Positions 27,054 through 31,544 of a stretch of DNA of 31,544 bases are shown one piece after another. Numbering within the stretch: the stretch's first letter is position 1; each line of letters opens with the position of its first letter. Location of the stretch: IMG/VR virus record IMGVR_UViG_3300018019_000438. One strand, written 5' to 3'. The notes under the pieces were generated by a model. That model saw nothing but the letters and a program-made list of their open reading frames with translations. It did no database searches and had not been told where the DNA came from. This DNA comes from a virus. Both the position numbers and the translations under genes were made by a program.

Positions 27054-27145
27054 TGGTTGTCGATGTCGGTATTGAGCCGACCCGTTGCGCTAATCTGGCG
27101 CTTTCCGAAGTTTATAAGTCTTCGCTGCACCCTGTGCTATCGACA
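27054..27145 (-). tRNA. Atypical tRNA with UAU anticodon (Ile-type), long variable arm and 3-nt D-loop
   Basis: TGTCGAT/ATCGACA acceptor, GCAC-AGG-GTGC D arm, loop CTTATAA, GCGC/GCGC variable arm, T-loop CTCAATA, ACCA end. Confidence 0.7.
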
Positions 27146-27194
27146 GAAACTTTTCTTGTTCTACCAGTGAATCCGCGCGGTCTATCCGGCATTG

Positions 27195-27488
27195 TCAGTT
27201 TGCAGTATTATACTCTCCAATTTTTACTCGGTGTATAGTATTGCACCGCAGATGGGAAAATGCAATGTTATTCAAATCCCAAAACAACTCAGCAGAGCGG
27301 CCTTCCCATGGCTCTTTGTGCTCGATGCTCAACTCATCAACAGTTACTATTTCTTTGGCACACTTAAAGCATATATTTTCTTCAAGTCTGCAAAGCAAAT
27401 GAAAAAGAATAATCTTGCGAAGTCTTCCCGCAGCCGTACCAGGAGGCATACCTAATTGTGCTACTACTCTTTGTTTTCTTGCATTCAT
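27195..27488 (-). CDS. HNH endonuclease
   Basis: CFKC...LSIEHKEPW...WDLNNIAFSHLRCN; start moved to MNARKQ because the ORF-track start lies inside a tRNA. Confidence 0.8.
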   Translation of the reverse strand: MNARKQRVVAQLGMPPGTAAGRLRKIILFHLLCRLEENICFKCAKEIVTVDELSIEHKEPWEGRSAELFWDLNNIAFSHLRCNTIHRVKIGEYNTAN

Positions 27489-27521
27489 TATCGTAGACCT
27501 TTGGTCGTTGATTTTGAAAAA

Positions 27522-27595
27522 TGGTTTCCTTGGATGGATTCGAACCACCATAGCGCGGTAATCGGCCACGCGTATTGCCATTATACGACAAGGAA
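27522..27595 (-). tRNA. Atypical tRNA, anticodon GAT (Ile) with C33 and U37
   Basis: Perfect acceptor TTCCTTG/CAAGGAA, canonical D and T arms, loop CCGATTA, CCA. Confidence 0.75.
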
Positions 27596-27616
27596 ATTGA
27601 AAATTGTGATGCCTTT

Positions 27617-27873
27617 ACGGTGCCCGTAGCCCGGCTTCTGTTCTCACTTGCGTAAGTAGAAGTCATTCGTCTAAGCAGCAACCCGGCAGTCTTTATCGGT
27701 GGTCAGCCTCTGCCCTATTTGCCTTGCATCGGTGTGGAGTCGTTTCGGACAAGTGGATAGAGCAAGGCTTGCCGAACTCTTACCCGTGCGCTTTCGCGCC
27801 CCGCAGCTTCCACGGCACCTTGACCAGATGGCCGGAACTTCCTCGGCTTTCGCCGCGACTTCTTGTTCACCGT
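27617..27873 (-). ncRNA. rnpB: RNase P RNA (compact bacterial type A-like, no P18, reduced specificity domain)
   Basis: P1 ACGGUG/CACCGU, P2 GAAGUC/GACUUC, P3 GNRA hairpin, CR-I GAGGAAGUUCCGGC pairing with CR-V ACAGAAGCCGGGCU (P4), P5 CAUC/GAUG, P6 UGGUCA/UGACCA, GCAAGGCAAAUAG, L15 GGU, UAGACGAAUGA, P19 CUUAC-GCAA-GUGAG. Confidence 0.88.
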
Positions 27874-27879
27874 TAAGAA

Positions 27880-27954
27880 TGGAGGCTCTACACGGATTCA
27901 AACCGTGATAGCTGGTTTCGAAGACCAGTGCCCTGTTCGTTGGACGATAGAGCC
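27880..27954 (-). tRNA. tRNA-Arg(TCG)
   Basis: Loop CTTCGAA, cloverleaf, CCA. Confidence 0.9.
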
Positions 27955-28033
27955 ATAAAAAGAGGCGACGTTCGGTTCGCCAATCACACCACTGACTGTA
28001 TATACAGTCGCACAGGTGTCGTGCTTTGCAAAA

Positions 28034-28108
28034 TGGAGCGCCGTGAGGGAATTGAACCCCCGTCTGAACGTTCGTAGCGTTCTGTCCTGTCCGTTGAACG
28101 AACAGCGC
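28034..28108 (-). tRNA. tRNA-Arg(ACG)
   Basis: Loop CTACGAA, cloverleaf, CCA. Confidence 0.9.
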
Positions 28109-28109
28109 A

Positions 28110-28183
28110 TGGTAGACCGTGACGGATTCGAACCGCCATGACTTGTGTGTAGGACAAGCATTCTGCCGTTGAATTAACAGTCT
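28110..28183 (-). tRNA. tRNA-Val(TAC), C33
   Basis: Loop CCTACAC, cloverleaf, CCA. Confidence 0.85.
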
Positions 28184-28189
28184 ATAGAT

Positions 28190-28263
28190 TGGTGTGCCGC
28201 GAGTGAATCGAACACTCGTTCGTTGATTAAGAGTCAACTAGTCTGCCACTGACTTAGCAGCAC
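28190..28263 (-). tRNA. tRNA-Lys(CTT)
   Basis: Loop CTCTTAA, cloverleaf, CCA. Confidence 0.92.
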
Positions 28264-28268
28264 AAAAA

Positions 28269-28374
28269 TGGACGGCCTGACTGGAGTCGAACCAGCCTTA
28301 GTTCGTTTAGAAGACGAACGCCTATATCGGTCCCGTTTAGGAAACGGGTGCCTGTTCCGCTCGGCCACAGACCG
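28269..28374 (-). tRNA. 106-nt tRNA-Arg with two tandem anticodon arms (CCT and TCT)
   Basis: One acceptor, one D arm, one T arm, two 5-bp/7-nt hairpins CCCGT-TTCCTAA-ACGGG and TTCGT-CTTCTAA-ACGAA, CCA. Confidence 0.85.
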
Positions 28375-28383
28375 TTTGAAAAT

Positions 28384-28469
28384 TGGCGGATGAGGAGGGA
28401 TTCGAACTCTCACAACCTTTCGGTTGCCAGTTTAGCAAACTGGTGCGGCTACCGTTTCGCCACCCATCC
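28384..28469 (-). tRNA. tRNA-Ser(GCT)
   Basis: Loop TTGCTAA, long variable arm, G73, CCA. Confidence 0.92.
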
Positions 28470-28477
28470 GTTGAACT

Positions 28478-28553
28478 TGGTAGGGAAGGAGAGATTCAAA
28501 CTCTCGTCACTTGGCTTGAAGGGCCAGTATCTTCATCACTAGACCACTTCCCC
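28478..28553 (-). tRNA. tRNA-Glu(TTC), C33
   Basis: Loop CCTTCAA, CCA; 5' end overlaps the last codons of the HNH ORF. Confidence 0.85.
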
Positions 28554-28952
28554 GTTATTTTTCTGTCTGATATACGTGCGATTCGCATGACAGTTTGCAC
28601 AAACAACTTCGCACTTAGAAATCTCTTCTAAAATTCTCTTTATGCCAAAGCGCCATAACATTTGACCAAGATTCCCGGTTTTGATTCCACGCACGTGGTC
28701 AAATTGCATTATCCAGTATGGGTAAGAAATTCCACAATCCATACAAGGTTTGTTTTTGGCATCGCGAACTATTTCTACCCGTGCCTGTTTTCGAAGTTTT
28801 AGTCGGGCAATGATGCTGTCTTTGTTTTTCAGATAACAAACACGATTATATCCTTGTTGCTTTTGGTACTCGTTTTTACACTCGTGACAATAGGACCCGC
28901 CATGAGTGTCATTCTTTCCGTTATCTTTTCCGCACTTCGGGCACATCTTCAT
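28539..28952 (-). CDS. HNH endonuclease with N-terminal Zn finger
   Basis: CPKC..CHEC, KPCMDCG..YP.WIMQFDHVRG.K, EEISKCEVVCANCHANRT. Confidence 0.88.
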   Translation of the reverse strand: MKMCPKCGKDNGKNDTHGGSYCHECKNEYQKQQGYNRVCYLKNKDSIIARLKLRKQARVEIVRDAKNKPCMDCGISYPYWIMQFDHVRGIKTGNLGQMLWRFGIKRILEEISKCEVVCANCHANRTYIRQKNNGEVV

Positions 28953-29050
28953 TTTTCTCTCCACTATAGAGATGTCGGGGGTGATAGTGGCACCCCCAAC
29001 CTAGCGGTAATGGTCGCCACCCTTCGAAGGATCACTCCGATTCAGATTAC

Positions 29051-29079
29051 ATTCTACCACAAACTTGGCCGCTTGTCAA
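29051..29079 (-). promoter_or_regulatory. internal sigma70-type promoter of the tRNA array
   Basis: TTGACA-17 nt-TAGAAT with TGTGG before the -10. Confidence 0.8.
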
Positions 29080-29087
29080 CTGAAAAC

Positions 29088-29161
29088 TGGGGGCCGCAAG
29101 GAGAATCGAACTCCTGCGAGCAAGTTGAGAACCTGCCGTTCTTCCACTAAACTATGTGGCC
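29088..29161 (-). tRNA. tRNA-Glu(CTC)
   Basis: Loop TTCTCAA, CCA; C73 is atypical. Confidence 0.85.
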
Positions 29162-29269
29162 TCAAAATGAATTCGGAAACATTATGTGGAGTTTGCAAGC
29201 ACCACAACTTTGATGCTGTGTCCGCTCTCTTGGTTGCACCCAAAAGGACACGCTGCATGTTCCGAAAAT

Positions 29270-29344
29270 TGGTGGGCCACCAAGGACTTGGACCTTGACT
29301 CGTCGGCTTAAAAGGCCGCTGTGCTACCTTAACACTAGTAGCCC
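29270..29344 (-). tRNA. tRNA-Lys(TTT)
   Basis: Loop CTTTTAA, CCA; T-loop TCCAAGT (C55). Confidence 0.88.
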
Positions 29345-29349
29345 AAAAT

Positions 29350-29436
29350 TGGTCGCCAAGGTGGGGATCGGACCCACACGCTCTTTCGAGCCAATCGTTT
29401 TAAGTGATTGCTGTCTGCCAGTTCCATCACTTGGCG
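29350..29436 (-). tRNA. tRNA-Leu(TAA)
   Basis: Loop CTTAAAA, long variable arm GCTC-GAAA-GAGC, CCA; T-loop TCCGATC. Confidence 0.88.
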
Positions 29437-29440
29437 AAAT

Positions 29441-29518
29441 TGGTGCAAGCAGTGGGAGTCGAACCCACAAGACTCTAGGTTTGAGCTAGAGATGTCTGCC
29501 AAATTGCATCACACTTGC
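29441..29518 (-). tRNA. tRNA-Leu(CAA) with short variable region
   Basis: Loop CTCAAAC, Leu-type D arm, only about 5 nt of variable region, CCA. Confidence 0.85.
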
Positions 29519-29519
29519 A

Positions 29520-29595
29520 TGGTTGCCTGAAAAGGATTCGAACCTTTATCGGATGGATTCAAAGTCCACCATGTTCCCAGTTACACCATCGGGCA
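29520..29595 (-). tRNA. tRNA-Gln(TTG)
   Basis: Loop CTTTGAA, U1:A72, CCA. Confidence 0.9.
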
Positions 29596-29603
29596 ATTGA
29601 AAA

Positions 29604-29677
29604 TGGTCCCGTTCCGTGGAATTAAACCACGACTACCTGTGCTTCAAACAGGGGTCATATCGTTAGACCAAAACGGG
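29604..29677 (-). tRNA. tRNA-Phe(GAA)
   Basis: Loop TTGAAGC, cloverleaf, CCA. Confidence 0.87.
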
Positions 29678-29683
29678 ATAAAT

Positions 29684-29758
29684 TGGGGTGCAATCTCAGA
29701 TTCAAACTGAGCCTACCCGGTTCACAGCCGAGCGTGCTATCACTACACCAAAAGCACC
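29684..29758 (-). tRNA. tRNA-His(GTG)
   Basis: Loop CTGTGAA, encoded G-1:C73, CCA. Confidence 0.9.
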
Positions 29759-29884
29759 ATTGAATCCAAATTCAAGACGGCAGGAATGATTGCTTCCTTT
29801 TCGTGGGGCTGGCAACCGACCCGGATTATTCATCTTACCCTTTTGGGAGTAGATACGATGCCGGGCTCGCTTGAAAAATCAATA

Positions 29885-29961
29885 TGGCGAGGCTAGCGGG
29901 ATTCGAACCCGCGAAGTCTTCCGTGACGGGGAAGCGCGATAGGCCGCTACGCGATAACCTC
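29885..29961 (-). tRNA. tRNA-Asp(GTC), C33
   Basis: Loop CCGTCAC, G73, CCA. Confidence 0.88.
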
Positions 29962-29967
29962 ATAAAA

Positions 29968-30055
29968 TGGCTGGGGCAACAGGATTCGAACCTGTAATGA
30001 GCTTGCGCTCTGGATGGGTAACAGCCATCTGCTGTGCCGGTTGAGCCACACCCCA
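29968..30055 (-). tRNA. tRNA-Asn(GTT) with long variable arm
   Basis: Loop CTGTTAC, variable arm GAGC-GCAA-GCTC, G73, CCA. Confidence 0.87.
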
Positions 30056-30064
30056 GTAGAAAAT

Positions 30065-30143
30065 TGGTAGCGGAAATCGGATTTGAACCGATGATATCAT
30101 GGTTATGAGCCATGCGTTTTAGACCGGACTAAACTATTCCGCA
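30065..30143 (-). tRNA. tRNA-Met(CAT), initiator-like
   Basis: Loop CTCATAA, 1:72 mismatch, fMet-like T arm ATCGGTTCAAATCCGAT; only two G-C pairs at the anticodon stem tip, so elongator Met or Ile2 identity is not excluded. Confidence 0.85.
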
Positions 30144-30321
30144 TCAGACTGTATTCATCCAAGAGAACGTTTGCAACCAGTCATCCTTCTCTTGGACGCC
30201 CTTTCGGGTATTAGGTATCTCAGCATCAGACTTGCCGTGGCCACGACTTGGATGACTCGTCTGTTGCTGAAACGGCCATTTGCGAGGTGCAAAGCATCTC
30301 GTCCTGACCTAAGTATCAAAA

Positions 30322-30409
30322 TGGTGGATCGGGCACGACTCGAACGTGCGAAGCTCCGAAGGAGCAACTGGTTTACAGCCAGTGGCAATTGCCGCTATGC
30401 GACCAATCC
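30322..30409 (-). tRNA. tRNA-Tyr(GTA)
   Basis: Loop CTGTAAA, long variable arm with UUCG loop, CCA. Confidence 0.92.
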
Positions 30410-30415
30410 ATAAAA

Positions 30416-30489
30416 TGGAGGCGTGAGTTGGGATCGAACCAACGTTGGTTGTTTTGCAGACAACTGACTTGCCGCTTGTCGATCACGCC
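30416..30489 (-). tRNA. tRNA-Cys(GCA)
   Basis: Loop CTGCAAA, U73, CCA. Confidence 0.92.
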
Positions 30490-30595
30490 AAAATCAGGGC
30501 TGCGCTCTCTATAGTGAGCTATCAACGCCGAAGCGCCTAGCGGGTTTACACCGCCCCTCAAGCCGATTTGCTTCCACAGAATGGAAGACTTAATA

Positions 30596-30670
30596 TGGAG
30601 CCCTAGCAAGGTTTCGAACCTTGGACGCCCGCTTACAAGGCGGGAGTTTTGCCAACTAAACTACTCGGGC
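30596..30670 (-). tRNA. tRNA-Thr(TGT)
   Basis: Loop CTTGTAA, CCA. Confidence 0.92.
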
Positions 30671-30671
30671 A

Positions 30672-30745
30672 TGGAGCTAGATGTTGGAATTGAACCAACC
30701 TTTAACGCTTACCAAGCGTTCGTTCTCCCGATGAACTAATTCAGC
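30672..30745 (-). tRNA. tRNA-Thr(GGT)
   Basis: Loop TTGGTAA, CCA. Confidence 0.9.
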
Positions 30746-30823
30746 TTTGAAACTTTGCGGTTCGCTTGGAACCGCTGGTGGCTCTTCACTCCGCTTGCGC
30801 GGCGAAGCATAGCTCGCCAATTT

Positions 30824-30898
30824 TGGAGGTCAACTTGGGATTCGAACCCAAATAACCGCTTTACGAAAGCGGCGTAATGCCGGTTATACGAATCGACC
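30824..30898 (-). tRNA. tRNA-Thr(CGT)
   Basis: Loop TTCGTAA, CCA. Confidence 0.9.
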
Positions 30899-30920
30899 GC
30901 AAACTTTTATCGTGACAACT

Positions 30921-30949
30921 ATTCTACCACAGATGGGTCCCTTTGTCAA
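30921..30949 (-). promoter_or_regulatory. sigma70-type promoter heading the tRNA array
   Basis: TTGACA-17 nt-TAGAAT with TGTGG before the -10, about 20 nt upstream of the first tRNA. Confidence 0.85.
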
Positions 30950-31246
30950 GAACTTTCTTCAGAAATTTTCATGGGCCCGGGCAATTTGGGTCCCTCCAGC
31001 CATTGGCCGCATCGTTTCAATGGTATAACGCCTTTCAGCAGTCGCTGAAATGATTGTTTTTAGTGAAATCTATAGACGCATTTCATATTGGGTCCCCGCA
31101 AGTATATTGTGCGCGTATCGCGCGTAAGTGGTTTGATGTGTTCCACTTAGTGGTGATGTATGTGTGAGATGAAACGTATCTTCGTACCTGTGCGCGGCGA
31201 GCCGGGGATGCCTTGGGGACCGTGCCCATACTAGTACTTGGGTCCC
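30934..31246. repeat. Four copies of TGGGTCCC (30934, 30987, 31089, 31239) in a non-coding region
   Basis: Exact octamer matches read from the sequence; the first lies inside the tRNA promoter spacer. Confidence 0.55.
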
Positions 31247-31353
31247 ATGTGTCAAAACTAACACGTATAAAAATTTACGCGCTTCTAACTTATAGATAAC
31301 AAACAAAATAGTCTGGCCCGAAAATTGCAGGCCAGCAATCCGCGTGCCAAAGT

Positions 31354-31512
31354 TTACAAAATGCTGGGAGTATCCACGACCGTGCGGTCAGGCATAAACT
31401 CAACAGGATCAGCAGGTTTCGGTGCTGGTGCGATCTGTCCGCGTTCGACCAGCGCGTCATGAAACATAATCAATCTTAGAGTAATCATAGCTTCTACTTC
31501 TTTCTCGTTCAT
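31354..31512 (-). CDS. small hypothetical protein (52 aa, MNEKEVEAMITLRL...)
   Basis: Manual translation, GGAGG SD; below the ORF-track length cutoff. Confidence 0.55.
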   Translation of the reverse strand: MNEKEVEAMITLRLIMFHDALVERGQIAPAPKPADPVEFMPDRTVVDTPSIL

Positions 31513-31544
31513 TTCTTCCTCCACGAGTATAGAAAATAGCGAAA

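Noticed and set aside
29195-29240. GTGCAA-capped hairpin as a second tRNA-Cys anticodon arm
   Set aside because: The loop is 6 nt and the element lacks a T-loop and CCA; reported as an unassigned ncRNA instead
27671-30609. ORF-track frames over the array (27671-28237, 27382-27681, 29835-30113, 30155-30388, 30373-30609 and others)
   Set aside because: They overlap tRNA or RNase P RNA genes on the same or opposite strand and are shadow frames
26269-30898. Regularly spaced AAAATGG/AAATTGG motifs as a CRISPR or tandem repeat array
   Set aside because: They are the reverse complement of tRNA CCA ends plus trailers; no constant repeat and no cas genes

Overview
Segment of a tailed dsDNA phage genome (or prophage; no integrase or host gene is visible), transcribed almost entirely on the minus strand. 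In transcription order (right to left): (1) a sigma70-type promoter and an array of 28 CCA-encoding tRNA genes (about 26.3-30.9 kb) that also contains a compact RNase P RNA gene, two HNH ORFs, several structurally atypical tRNAs (one with two complete Arg anticodon arms) and several unexplained structured spacers; (2) a histidine phosphatase, two endonuclease VII-type ORFs, two large carbohydrate-binding/tailspike-like ORFs and small hypotheticals; (3) the head module: terminase large subunit, portal, probable scaffold and a major capsid gene split into four exons by three group I introns (carrying a LAGLIDADG ORF, an HNH-like ORF, and no ORF), reconstructing to 350 aa; (4) a glycan cassette of seven glycosyltransferase-like ORFs, an RmlC-type epimerase, two RmlB-like SDRs and a His-type PLP-dependent sugar 3-dehydratase that runs off the left edge. 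All calls come from manual motif reading and base-pairing; no database search or folding program was run.
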